NCBI GenBank assembly: GCA_965197925.1
Contig: CBDAOC010000019.1
Span: 352,001 to 416,000, forward strand
DNA: 64,000 nt
Source of the DNA: Nitrososphaerales archaeon
GTDB taxonomy: Archaea; Thermoproteota; Nitrososphaeria; Nitrososphaerales; UBA213
Direction: 5' to 3'
The position numbers were made by a program, and so were the translations under genes. Under the pieces are notes generated by a model that saw only the letters and a program-made list of their open reading frames with translations, was not told the DNA's origin and did no database searches. Shown piece by piece: positions 9,391-20,277 of this stretch. The first letter of the stretch is position 1, and every line of letters begins with the position of its first letter.

Positions 9391-10396
9391 GAGCCTATCC
9401 TAAAATTCTAGCTGATAGTTAATGATTGGTAGAAATAATATCATTTAGAATGCAAGAATATTAGTTCAAACTGTCAGGTTTAGTTTTCTTACTATTGATT
9501 TTATTAGTATTGTAGATAGTAGATACTAGAAACAGTTGCATTAACGTGTTTATGACACTACCAATATATCGCTCTATACACTATTAGGCAGTTAGCAAAT
9601 TCTACTAGCGCCTGATAATTTTCCTCTCTCTTCTCGAACCTTACCAATAACTTTCTGAACCTGTTATGCCAAGATGCGGTTCTTTCTACAACCCATCTCT
9701 TTGCTTTGTACAAATTCTTTTTCAATACTTCACCCTTATGACGAATGTGATCCACATATCCCCTTCCTAACTCCATATTTCATACTCCATACTCTATCTC
9801 AGGGAAATCATATCCCTTATCTATGCATATGTTCTGTTTAACTTTGGGCCTATCAACAACAATGCTACCTAATGCAGGAAAGGCTGATTTCATATCGTGT
9901 TTATTTGCTTCAGTAACTTGGATGAGGGAGGTACTCCTCTTCTATCAACCGGCATGTGACGTTTGGTACCTAGCTTGCCCTGTCCGTTGGGTTTGCTCCG
10001 GTCGTTTTCCCCCTAATGGACCCTTCAGTAACGCTATCCATGGATTGCCAGTCCCATCCCATGCTCTTCAATTCATCACATATTTCCAGCAGCCTCTTCC
10101 ATGCCTTCCCGAATACTCCCATGCCAACCCATTCCTGAAATCTTGCATGGCAAGTTGAGCCAGAACCAAATTCTTTCGGCACCTTCTTCCACTGGCATCC
10201 GGTTCTTAATACGTACAGTATTCCATTCAACACTTTTCTAAATGGCACAGCCGGTCTTCCAACTGTTCTTGCTGGTTTCTCTGGTGGCAACACTAGTTTG
10301 AACTCTACCTATAGATCATTTGGTATATGCCATATGGTCGACATGCTCTTTTTCTTTGATTTTCTCACAAATTTAGCTAGAGAGGACAGATCTAGA
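9391..10396 (-). mobile_element. IS5-family element type A, degraded copy lacking one terminal repeat
   Basis: Starts GAGCCTATCCTAAAATT and is near-identical to 20278-21324. Transposase fragments LRTGCQW and RWVVER with frameshifts. Homology stops after AGATCTAGA at 10396. Confidence 0.88.
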
Positions 10397-10536
10397 ATTT
10401 TCAAGAATAATGTAAAACATCATGGAATTAAATTTAATTGCCGATGTTATTGGTAATATCCCACCATGAAAATAATGATTTAAATTATATCCCCATGATG
10501 AAAAAATAATGAATAAACTAACAATACCTAGTATAT

Positions 10537-11436
10537 TCAACTCATCTCAAAACCCTACAATACATCAAAAATGATGCAAGATTAACAAATGCCAGGTAGT
10601 TTTCTGCCGTTCTTTCATATCTGATTCTTGTTCTGTGAAATCCATTCTTGAGCCATGCAAGGAATCTCTCAACTACAAATCTTGTCTTGCTGTAATGTTT
10701 GCAATCATTATTTTGCAAGATGAACTTGGAATTTATTTTGTATGGGATGCAACATGCAATATTTCTATCCCACAAATACATTCTGATGTATTTTGCATCA
10801 TTTTGTCTGCATAAACTGGTTCTATCTGTTGTATTGAATCATCATCAAGATAGTCTGAAATTGATCCTGTAACATCCATGCATTTTGTACTGTCATGTTC
10901 ATTTGCTGGACTCAACAGTATGGATATTGGAAATCCGTTACCCTCTACTGCGGCATGTATTTTTGTACCTGTTATTCTCTTGAATCCATTATATCCAGTT
11001 ACATTGCCCCTTTTTTATCAGGAATGGATGAAGAGTCAACTGATATTTTTTGTAGATTAATTTTGCCAGATTTATGTGCTGAGTGAATAGTACGTGATAG
11101 AATCTTTTTCCAGATTCCTTTTTGTTGCCATTTGTTTAACCTTCTGTTTGCAGATTTGTTTAACCTTCTGTTTGCAGTAGAATCATCACCATATCTTTTT
11201 GGCATATCGTCCCATCGGCATCCAGTAGTTAGAACATGGATTATTCCGTTAATGATTTTTCTATCATCATCCCTAGGCCTGCCAGTTTTTGCATGTGGTG
11301 GTATGTGTGATTCCATCATACTCCACTGTTTGTCTGATAATTCTTGGAATTTCATAAAATAATTTTAGATGTCGCTATTCATGGATCTAAATGGTCGCTA
11401 AAAATTGTCTAAATGGTTAGTTTTGAGGTGAGTTGA
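10537..11436 (-). mobile_element. IS5-family element type B, degraded
   Basis: 17-bp TIRs TCAACTCATCTCAAAAC / GTTTTGAGGTGAGTTGA. Transposase pieces TGCRWDDMP, YADK and RFVVER. 24-bp internal duplication near 11131-11177. Confidence 0.9.
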
Positions 11437-11963
11437 ACGTTAAAAATTATTCCTAAGATTCGAATGTAGTGTGAGTGTTAAGATGGAAATTCCACCATTT
11501 TTATTGTGAAATTCCTTAGTGTTTCAAGGTGTAGGTAAAGGACATTTCTCCATGTAAATAATGTATTCAATATTCAAATGTTTTGTATTGTAGCTGCTCA
11601 TTGAGTTCAAATTGAGTTCAAAGAGGAAATCATTGACTTTTAGTGTTCATGAATATCTAAGCAAATAAACTAAAGCTTCCTGATATAGACTAGGCATTTG
11701 GCTTGAAAGGACGGGAAAGATGGTTAATCTGGAAAATAAGCAATGGAATCTCTATCAGAGTTAATCTGTGGGCTTGGTATTGTAAATACATCTGTAAAGA
11801 AGAGTTGATGATCGTAAAATGCAGGGGAACCTTACCATATTAGGATTAATGGTTTACTTCCCAAGTCTCGTTTATTTTTTATTTTAACGCTAACCTAAAA
11901 CCAAAGAATATCCTGAAATGTTTAATATGAAACATTAATATAATTTCTTGAGGAATGTAAATT

Positions 11964-12182
11964 ATGTCTCTTTGGTTGTACGTTACTGTGGGACTATTGG
12001 TTTTGATAGCTATTATCGTAGTCATGAAAGCTGATTCCAATCCAATGAGAAGTTTTAAACATAAAACTGAACTGATTACCAATGTAACATACATTTGCTC
12101 CCATTGTGGTAATTCTTTCAAAGGGGCCAAATGTCCAACTTGTGGCTCTAACAATTGGCGAGGAGAGATTGGTAGCATATAA
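11964..12182 (+). CDS. Small membrane-anchored zinc-ribbon protein
   Basis: N-terminal hydrophobic helix followed by CSHC...CPTC. Confidence 0.7.
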   Translation: MSLWLYVTVGLLVLIAIIVVMKADSNPMRSFKHKTELITNVTYICSHCGNSFKGAKCPTCGSNNWRGEIGSI

Positions 12183-12189
12183 AGTAACA

Positions 12190-12277
12190 AGCCTCGGGCG
12201 GGCCTTGATCCCGCGACCTAGCGCTTACAAGGCGCTCGCTTTTGGTGAAGATCTCTACCAGGCTGAGCTACCGAGGC
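12190..12277 (-). tRNA. tRNA-Thr(TGT) with 14-nt non-canonical D-arm intron (12241-12254)
   Basis: Acceptor GCCTCGG/CCGAGGC, anticodon arm AGCGC-CTTGTAA-GCGCT. Insert AGATCTTCACCAAA forms a bulge-helix-bulge with TGGT/ACCA. Confidence 0.93.
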
Positions 12278-12867
12278 CTTGACCTAATTAAAATAGCAGG
12301 GAATAAAAAGGTTAATCGATTATTATTCGTGATTTTGACTAAGTTTTTTTGGATTTATTACAAGTTTGTTGGAATTTGTAAAGTCGTACGGGTCCATACT
12401 TATTCAAATTCATTACCGAGTTTATAATCAAGATAAAAACTCATTCGTTCATAATGCCCAATCTTATTACTGCTTTTTATAGTCTTGGTTTGATGGAAAA
12501 AGAATAATGCTAATGCGTCTTGCATTAACACATGCTCAGGCTACTCTTGTCCCTCTTCCTTGATGAGTCCATCTCTGCCTCCCTGCTCAGGGATGCAAGA
12601 TAGTATAACGGCATCATCTGTCAAATTTGCTATTCAAAGTAGGTGATGAGATATGGTAAGTATAAGAATGTGTTTCAATGATACTTCAATGAATGTATGC
12701 TTACATTCATTCACTTTGCATTTGTTTATTGATTACGTTTTTTGATTATAATGCCTTCACTAGATTAGATTTGTAATGACCACGCATTTATAAATGCAAA
12801 TTTTTATCTGCAAAAAATGCTCATCCACTCCAATGCCTTTAAATTGATGCCAAAGGAAGGGGGTTTC

Positions 12868-13137
12868 ATGGAGTATCTTGTGAGAGTAATTGTGAAAAAT
12901 AAACCCTACATAAATGATCCTAAAGGAGAGACTATTCTAAAGGACCTTATTGCTAAAAAGGGTTATGCGTCAGTTAAATCAGTTAGAACAGCAGAGATAC
13001 TAGATATTATGATAGAAGCCAAGGCTCGTCAGGAAGCGAAGAATACTGTACAAGAAATATGTGATGAATTACGTATTTACAATCCCGTCGTAAGTGCATG
13101 TAATGTTGAAGTTATTGACAGGGATCAGGTAAAGTAA
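12868..13137 (+). CDS. purS: FGAM synthase subunit PurS
   Basis: KPYINDPKGETI and RIYNPVV motifs; upstream of purQ. Start taken as ATG 12868. Confidence 0.9.
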   Translation: MEYLVRVIVKNKPYINDPKGETILKDLIAKKGYASVKSVRTAEILDIMIEAKARQEAKNTVQEICDELRIYNPVVSACNVEVIDRDQVK

Positions 13138-13247
13138 TGCTTCAAATTTATGGGTCGTAAAGAGTCTTAGTAGCACAACCTTCTATGCAAAATTTGACAG
13201 TTGATGCATAGGTATTTATAATAAAATCCCACCTTTTGGGATAAAGC

Positions 13248-13931
13248 ATGAAAATAGGGATAGTTGTGTTCCCTGGCAGTAATTGCGATAAAGATGTCCA
13301 TTTTGTGCTCCGCAAAGTTCTTCATACGAGTAGTGGATACATATGGCATACTTGTGATAACTTGGAGGGATATGACGCTATCATATTACCAGGTGGATTT
13401 ACCTATGGAGATAGGCTGAGGGCTGGGGTTATAGCAGCCTTTAGTCCGGTTATGAAGGAGGTAAAAAAGCTGGCACGCGAGGGGAAGCCTGTTCTGGGAA
13501 TATGTAACGGTTTTCAAGTTCTGGTAGAATCTGGGTTATTGCCAGGAGCATTGATGAAGAATGATTCGATGAAATTTGTCTGCAAGTGGACTAACGTTAC
13601 TGTTCAAAGCAACAGAACTCCATTCACATATTCATTTAAACCAGGGCAGCAGATTAGAATACCTGTAGCAAACCAAGAAGGAAGATATATTGTTGATTCT
13701 AAAATGCTGGATATCCTAGAAAATAATAATCAAGTAGTTTTCAAGTATTACAATGGCGATCCTAGTGGTTCTACTAATAGTATTGCAGGTATAAGTAATG
13801 AAGAAGGTAATGTTGTTGGCATGATGCCACATCCGGAGCGTGCAAGTATGCGCATCCTAAATCCATATGGATCTGATGATGCATTATTGATCTTCAAATC
13901 ATTACTACATTATAAGGATGAACAAAAATGA
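13248..13931 (+). CDS. purQ: FGAM synthase glutaminase subunit PurQ
   Basis: VFPGSNCD, LPGGFTYGD, GICNGFQ and GMMPHPER motifs. Confidence 0.96.
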   Translation: MKIGIVVFPGSNCDKDVHFVLRKVLHTSSGYIWHTCDNLEGYDAIILPGGFTYGDRLRAGVIAAFSPVMKEVKKLAREGKPVLGICNGFQVLVESGLLPGALMKNDSMKFVCKWTNVTVQSNRTPFTYSFKPGQQIRIPVANQEGRYIVDSKMLDILENNNQVVFKYYNGDPSGSTNSIAGISNEEGNVVGMMPHPERASMRILNPYGSDDALLIFKSLLHYKDEQK

Positions 13932-16096
13932 GTCTAACTCAAGAAGAACATGTTTATCTCAGGAATCAGTTAAAGAGAGAACCTAATGATGTTGAGCTTA
14001 ATTTAGTATCTGCAGAATGGTCAGAACATTGTTCTTACAAGTCTTCAAAACCCTTCCTGAAAATGTTGAGTGGGGAGGGTAAGCGTGTTATCATTGGTCC
14101 AGGATATGATGCTGGTGTTTTGGACATAGGTGATGATCTCGTTATAACTGTGCATATTGAAAGTCACAACCACCCATCGGCAGTAGAACCATATGGTGGA
14201 GCTGCTACTGGTGTAGGTGGTGTAATAAGAGATATTATTAGCATGGGTACAAGGCCTATAGCAATTTTTGATGCTCTTCGATTCGATGACATAACGAAGA
14301 GCAAGCAAGCCAGATGGCTCTTCAAAAATGTGGTTAGAGGTATTTCCGATTATGGTAATTGTTTAGGAATACCTACCGTTGCTGGAGATGTCGAATTTGA
14401 TAATTCTTTAGAGGATTATTGTTTGGTAGATGTTGCCAGCATAGGTATTGGAAAGAAGGAGAGTATTCTAACTCCGCAAGCAGACATTGAAGATTATGTT
14501 GTCCTTGCTGGTGGCTCTACTGGTAGGGATGGAATTCATGGTGCGGCCTTTGCGTCTAAAGCCTTAGAATGCGAGAACCGATCTGCTGTTCAAATACCAG
14601 ATCCTTTTTTAGAAAAATTACTTATTGAAGCAACTATGGAGGCAATAGACGCTAAATGTGTGAAAGTTATCAAAGATCTTGGTGGTGGAGGATTATCATG
14701 TTGTCTTTCAGAAACATCTGATAGAATAGGTAAAGGAATTGAAATTGACCTATCAAAGTTACATGTTAGGGAAAAGGGGATGACTCCGTCAGAATTGATG
14801 ATATCAGAATCACAAGAAAGGATTCTCTACGTTGTTGATGAGCCAAATTTGAATAATTTGGTCTCTATATTTGATAAATATGAGATCAATTATTCAATAA
14901 TAGGTAGGGTAAAAAATAATAAAAATTTGGTTATTAGATATGATAACGACGTTTTAGCTGATATTCCTGCATCCTTGGTCGCTAATGCTCCGTTGGCCAA
15001 CAGAATTTCTAGGAAACCGGCAAGTGTAGGACAACTTAAAGTAAAGAAACCTGACATACCTGCAGATTTAGGCATAGTTTTATTGGATTTATTGTCCAAT
15101 CCCACCATAGCTAGTAAACAGTGGATCTATCGACAATATGATCATGAGGTGGGGCTTAGAACTGTGGTCAAGCCGGGGTGTGGTGATGCAGCGGTATTAC
15201 GTCTTGATAATGGGAGGTTCCTTGCCTTCAAATTGGATGGTAATTCTAAACAATGCCAGATAGATCCCTACTATGGTTCGATGGGTAGTTTTGCTGAAGC
15301 TTGTAGGAACGTAATTGCTGTGGGTGGAGAACCCATTGGTATGGTAGATCATCTACAGTTTGGCAGTCCTGAAGATCCAGAAATATTCTGGGCTTTTACT
15401 GAATCAGTAAGAGGTATATCCACTTACGGTAAGGCAATGAATATTCCATGTGTAGGTGGTAAGGTGAGCTTTTACAATGAGAGTGATAGTGGTCCGATTA
15501 AACCATCCCCGGTGATCGGCGTAGTAGGTCTGATCGATAATGCAGCACAGATACGAACCTCGTGTGTAATGGAAAATGATCTCATGATGATGATTGGATT
15601 TACCAAGGATGAAATGGGCGGTTCAGAGTACCATGAATTTATTCACAACATAGTTGGTGGCAATGTACCAAAATGCGATCCATCTAATGATCATAAAATA
15701 ATGCAAACAATGCTAAACCTGATCAGAAATGATCTTATATGTTCGGTACACGACTGTTCCAAGGGTGGGTTAGCGGTTGCAGTTTGTGAAATGTGTATAT
15801 CTAGTAATACTGGCATCGAAGTAGGTTTGACCAATATCCCAAATGAATGTTCTAGGATCGATGATCTACTGTTCTCAGAATCACATTCTAGATTTTTAGT
15901 ATCAGTTCAGGACAGCAAACTTTCTAGTGTTAGAGATATCTTGGAGACCAGCAATATACAACATAGTGTGCTGGGGAAAGTGACAGGTAATTCTATACGG
16001 TTCGTGCAAGGCAGCAACAATATCTTAGATGTAAGCCTTGACAAAGCTGCAGATGTTTGGACAAGAACCATAAGGGATGTTATCGAAAATGGTTAG
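13928..16096 (+). CDS. purL: FGAM synthase subunit PurL
   Basis: WSEHCSYKSS, ESHNHPS, DLGGGGL and SESQER motifs. Confidence 0.97.
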   Translation: MSLTQEEHVYLRNQLKREPNDVELNLVSAEWSEHCSYKSSKPFLKMLSGEGKRVIIGPGYDAGVLDIGDDLVITVHIESHNHPSAVEPYGGAATGVGGVIRDIISMGTRPIAIFDALRFDDITKSKQARWLFKNVVRGISDYGNCLGIPTVAGDVEFDNSLEDYCLVDVASIGIGKKESILTPQADIEDYVVLAGGSTGRDGIHGAAFASKALECENRSAVQIPDPFLEKLLIEATMEAIDAKCVKVIKDLGGGGLSCCLSETSDRIGKGIEIDLSKLHVREKGMTPSELMISESQERILYVVDEPNLNNLVSIFDKYEINYSIIGRVKNNKNLVIRYDNDVLADIPASLVANAPLANRISRKPASVGQLKVKKPDIPADLGIVLLDLLSNPTIASKQWIYRQYDHEVGLRTVVKPGCGDAAVLRLDNGRFLAFKLDGNSKQCQIDPYYGSMGSFAEACRNVIAVGGEPIGMVDHLQFGSPEDPEIFWAFTESVRGISTYGKAMNIPCVGGKVSFYNESDSGPIKPSPVIGVVGLIDNAAQIRTSCVMENDLMMMIGFTKDEMGGSEYHEFIHNIVGGNVPKCDPSNDHKIMQTMLNLIRNDLICSVHDCSKGGLAVAVCEMCISSNTGIEVGLTNIPNECSRIDDLLFSESHSRFLVSVQDSKLSSVRDILETSNIQHSVLGKVTGNSIRFVQGSNNILDVSLDKAADVWTRTIRDVIENG

Positions 16097-17519
16097 AGAG
16101 AATTGCGGTGTGGTTGCAATCTACTCATTGGATGACAAAAATATCATCTCTGTACTAATAGATTCATTGAGAGCGCTACAACATAGGGGTCAAGAGGCCT
16201 GGGGTATTGCAATTCCCAAAAGAATGCCATATAAAGAAATTGGTCTTGTCTCTGATGCCGCCAGTAAGTTCAACGTTCTGGAAGAAAAATATGCATCGCA
16301 AGCAGCTATAGGACATGTTAGATATTCTACCGTAGGCAAGAGTAACCTGGAAAATGCTCAGCCGCTCAGGGTTAAAGATTTATGTGTCGCTCATAACGGA
16401 ACCATCGCAAATATTGATGAGTTATCTAATATGGTTGGAGGCTGCACTTTCACTCCTCAGACTATAAATGATACTTTGGTGGCTGCAAAAAGAATTGTCT
16501 CTTTGTTATCTGATAAGGGTAACATGGGTGAGGCGTTAGGCATCTTAAAAGGTGAAATGATCGGTTCTTTCTGTTTCACATTTGTAACCGATCATGGGTA
16601 CGTCTTTGCAGCAAGGGATCCAAAAGGCTTTAGACCTATGGTGCTAGGGTACCATAAAACAACCAACTCCTATATCGTGGCATCGGAATCATGCGCATTA
16701 TCCGCTATAGGGGCTGACTTGAGAAGAGATGTGGAACCTGGAGAGCTCATAAAATTGAGTGAAAGAGGGTTGGAAAGTGAAATTTTTGCCACAGAAAAAC
16801 CGCATGCTCACTGCGCCTTTGAATACACTTACTTTTCGCATCCTACAAGCATAATGGAGGGTATTAACATTTACCTTACAAGGAAAAGAATAGGCAAGGC
16901 TCTTGCAAAGAAATTTGCGCTGTCAGACGCTGATGTAGTTATTCCTGTTCCTGACTCTGCTCGACCAGCTGCTCTTGGCTATGCAGAAGCATTAGGCATT
17001 CCCTTTGAGGAGGGATTATTAAAAGACAGATACAGTAGAAAAGGACCCTTCAGGAGCTTCATTGAGCCATACCACAGTGATAGAATAGAGATAACAAGAT
17101 GGATCACACCGATACGAGAAGTTATTCAAAATAAACATGTTGTTGTAGTAGATGATAGTATCGTGAGAGGCACAAGTTCATCTGCTATAGTTAAAGTATT
17201 GAAACTTGCGGGTGCTCATAAAGTAAGTATGGTAATTTCTTACCCTCCTATCACACATCCATGCTACGCAGGTATAGATTTTCCATCAAAGGAAGAACTA
17301 TTAGTACACAGAATTAACGCTAATGGTGACGAAAATGTTGGAAAACTAGTTGCCAAATCTATGGGCGCCGATTTCGTTGGTTATAACGACATCGATAATC
17401 TTGCTTCTGCAATAGGTTTGCCAAAAGAGGAATTATGTTTCACATGCTCTACGGGTAATTATTCCAACCTCGGCATACAACCGGTTTTCAAGACTAGGGC
17501 CCAAATGAAGGGTGAATAG
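16089..17519 (+). CDS. purF: Amidophosphoribosyltransferase
   Basis: ENCGVV N-terminus, LQHRGQE, GHVRYST and VVVDDSIVRGT motifs. Confidence 0.96.
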   Translation: MVRENCGVVAIYSLDDKNIISVLIDSLRALQHRGQEAWGIAIPKRMPYKEIGLVSDAASKFNVLEEKYASQAAIGHVRYSTVGKSNLENAQPLRVKDLCVAHNGTIANIDELSNMVGGCTFTPQTINDTLVAAKRIVSLLSDKGNMGEALGILKGEMIGSFCFTFVTDHGYVFAARDPKGFRPMVLGYHKTTNSYIVASESCALSAIGADLRRDVEPGELIKLSERGLESEIFATEKPHAHCAFEYTYFSHPTSIMEGINIYLTRKRIGKALAKKFALSDADVVIPVPDSARPAALGYAEALGIPFEEGLLKDRYSRKGPFRSFIEPYHSDRIEITRWITPIREVIQNKHVVVVDDSIVRGTSSSAIVKVLKLAGAHKVSMVISYPPITHPCYAGIDFPSKEELLVHRINANGDENVGKLVAKSMGADFVGYNDIDNLASAIGLPKEELCFTCSTGNYSNLGIQPVFKTRAQMKGE

Positions 17520-17791
17520 AAAACAATTCTCTCATTAGTTCCTTCAATCCCAACTGCAGCTAGTTAATCATCTCTGTATACTCAATAGTAGGCTATAGTA
17601 TGAAAACATTTTACTCCAGATCAACTTTTTGTTACTATATCTTTAATAATGGAATTAAATATCTCATCGTGTATTATGTATTGTTACAATGGTACTAATT
17701 TCATAGTAATATAGAAAATATTTTGCGATAGGACAATAAAATACAACATAAGTAGTCTTAAATGTAGATTTAGCCGCAAAGCTGATAATAA

Positions 17792-18391
17792 ATGTCGGTG
17801 CTATTCAATAAAGATGCAAAAATTACTCATGTTATAACCACCAGTGTTGATAAATCAAGAGGATTGGGTGATGAGGGACGTGCGGCGATCCTTGCAATCT
17901 TATCACATAAAGTATTGTCAGCTGAAAATATCGTAAAGGAACTTAAAAAGGCAGGTTTTGAGAAAGCTACAACTACAGTTAGACATCATCTTGATGTGCT
18001 GAAGGACTCTGGTCTGATTGAGATTGTAAGGATACAGGAGGTAAGAGGGGCTGTACTTAAGTATTATGCAGCGACTACGAAATTTCTTGGGTTTGAAAAT
18101 TCGTTCGATCCAGACCAGTACAATAAGGCAATTAATCAAACAGCAACAAAATTACTTAAGATTGCCGGGTTTATAGTTAACAGATATGGAACAATTATAG
18201 AGAATGCTGGAAGCTCAACATGTCCTTACTGTAGTATGCAGCATAGCAAGGAATATACCGTGATAGAGATCATGAATAGAGGTCTGGCTGAAATGAATCA
18301 GAAAAATGAATTTGTTGATTTGATGACAAAACTGAGCAAAAAGGAAAAGGTCATAAAGTCCTCAAAACAAAGACGGCTTGATTTTCATTAA
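17792..18391 (+). CDS. ArsR-like winged-helix transcriptional regulator
   Basis: HTH motif TTVRHHLDVLKDSGLIEI; C-terminal CPYC. Confidence 0.8.
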   Translation: MSVLFNKDAKITHVITTSVDKSRGLGDEGRAAILAILSHKVLSAENIVKELKKAGFEKATTTVRHHLDVLKDSGLIEIVRIQEVRGAVLKYYAATTKFLGFENSFDPDQYNKAINQTATKLLKIAGFIVNRYGTIIENAGSSTCPYCSMQHSKEYTVIEIMNRGLAEMNQKNEFVDLMTKLSKKEKVIKSSKQRRLDFH

Positions 18392-18525
18392 TAGCAGTTA
18401 TCAGAAATAGGCAATATTTATACAAGGTTATTTTGGCGTAGAGTTTTTGCTCGTTGAGAGGGAAAAATCACAATCTAGGATCAAGTATACTTGTATTGAA
18501 ATGTTTCTTGTGGATTGGAATACCA

Positions 18526-18942
18526 CTATTCAATATTTATTCGCAAGATCGCTTTTGTATCGGGTTCCCTGAGCAGTTTAACCACAAATCTTGGTATGTC
18601 GCTGGATGCGTTATTACTCCTTATAGCCATCGTTCTGGGACAAACGAACGTACTCTTCCTTATAACAATATCCTCTCGATTGTCAAGGATAAGTGCAGAA
18701 CTACCATTTCCATTGAAATCGTAAACATATTCTCCAACAATTAAAGACATATGTACGTAGGTGAACTCATCCCTCAATCTTTGTTTGAGGGTATCCGAGA
18801 GGTCTATGCATGCCTTGCTTGCTTTCACACCTACTATGCAGTCACCTCGTAAAGTGATCTCTTTTGCTTTGGTTAACTCGATTGTCCTTTCATGTGTTGC
18901 TCTAATATTTGGATGTCCATAGAAAAATATGTCCTCCTCCAC
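18526..18942 (-). CDS. DUF371 family protein
   Basis: GHPNIRATHERTIELT..LRGDCIVGV and IVIRKS motifs. Confidence 0.85.
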   Translation of the reverse strand: MEEDIFFYGHPNIRATHERTIELTKAKEITLRGDCIVGVKASKACIDLSDTLKQRLRDEFTYVHMSLIVGEYVYDFNGNGSSALILDNREDIVIRKSTFVCPRTMAIRSNNASSDIPRFVVKLLREPDTKAILRINIE

Positions 18943-18984
18943 ACCGTCTTATCAAAATAAGAAACTTTTAAATGACACCTTAAA

Positions 18985-19725
18985 ATGAATTATTTTGATT
19001 TGTTACCAGCAGCGGCAGGTTATGATAGAGCAACGACCATGTTTTCTCCCGATGGGAGGTTATATCAGGTCGAATATGCTATTGAAACAGTAAGGAGAGG
19101 GACGTTAGCCGTAGGATTAAAGAGCAAAGATGCAGTCATTATAGCCGTTGAAGAAAAGGCAAGAAAATTACAGAGTACTGCTTTAACTCAAAAGATCTTT
19201 CAAATAGATGATCATATTGGAGTAGCAGCGGCTGGTTACATACCGGATGCTAGAATACAAGTGGACCATGCAAGATTTGCAGCTCAAAGCAATCGTTTGA
19301 TTTATGATGAGTCCATTGATGTAGAAGGTATAGCAAAAGGGCTTGCAGACCTAGCACAACAGTTTACTCAGTATGCAGGGGTAAGGCCATTTGGTGTTGC
19401 TCTCATAATTGCAGGTGTAGACAAGAGTGGATCTAATATTTACTTCACAGACCCAAGTGGAACTTATATAGGATTTGATGCGGTCGCTATAGGGGGCGGA
19501 CATGATCAAGTTACTGAATTTCTAGAGCAACATTATAACAGAGAGATTTCACTGGAAGATGCTTTTGTTTTGGCAGCTGAATCCATATATCTCGTAAGTG
19601 AAGATAAGGTAGGAACCGACCACATTAAGATAGCTGTGATAGATAGCAAGGAGAAACGAATGTTTAGGCTGACAGATGAAGAGGTAGAAAAATATGCTAA
19701 AAAGGCCCAAGAGATGAAGGAGTAA
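18985..19725 (+). CDS. psmA: Proteasome subunit alpha
   Basis: GYDRATTMFSPDGRLYQVEYA and RPFGVALI motifs. Confidence 0.97.
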   Translation: MNYFDLLPAAAGYDRATTMFSPDGRLYQVEYAIETVRRGTLAVGLKSKDAVIIAVEEKARKLQSTALTQKIFQIDDHIGVAAAGYIPDARIQVDHARFAAQSNRLIYDESIDVEGIAKGLADLAQQFTQYAGVRPFGVALIIAGVDKSGSNIYFTDPSGTYIGFDAVAIGGGHDQVTEFLEQHYNREISLEDAFVLAAESIYLVSEDKVGTDHIKIAVIDSKEKRMFRLTDEEVEKYAKKAQEMKE

Positions 19726-19762
19726 GATGAATTAAGCAAAGTCCAATAATTCTTTTTTTAAC

Positions 19763-19784
19763 TTTCTAAATTCGAATTTTGAAA
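19763..19784. repeat. Dispersed intergenic palindrome, copy 1 (imperfect)
   Basis: TTTCTAAATTCGAATTTTGAAA, 37 bp after the psmA stop. Confidence 0.7.
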
Positions 19785-20277
19785 GATATTTTCTTTATAG
19801 TTGAAGGTAATTGCTTAACTCTTACACATACAACATTTCATTCATTTGAATCTCATCCCCTGCCAACGTACATATTGTTGACAAGTATCTATTGTAATGC
19901 TATAGGCTTAGAGTCTCCTACATTTATCTATTGATCATTAATTTCTAAGCGACACCTTGAATTCACACATTCATATTTCTTAGAATTTCTTTACAATCGT
20001 TATTGGGTTCAATTTTCATACTTTTATTCATCTATTTGTCATATTAAACTGTAAAACCAATTTCCTATACTGGTGATATAATGCCTGCTACTTCTTCCGG
20101 GTAATGATTATCATTACCTTGATTAGATATTGTTTTCCTAACTAATTTGGCCAGGAAGTAATATACTCCAGATAAAAAATATTAGTTACATGCTCCAATT
20201 TAGAATCCCTGTAACTACCAGCAGATGATGGTTCACTTGTAACAATTAATTCCCCAGTGTAGGCCATTGTGGACTAA

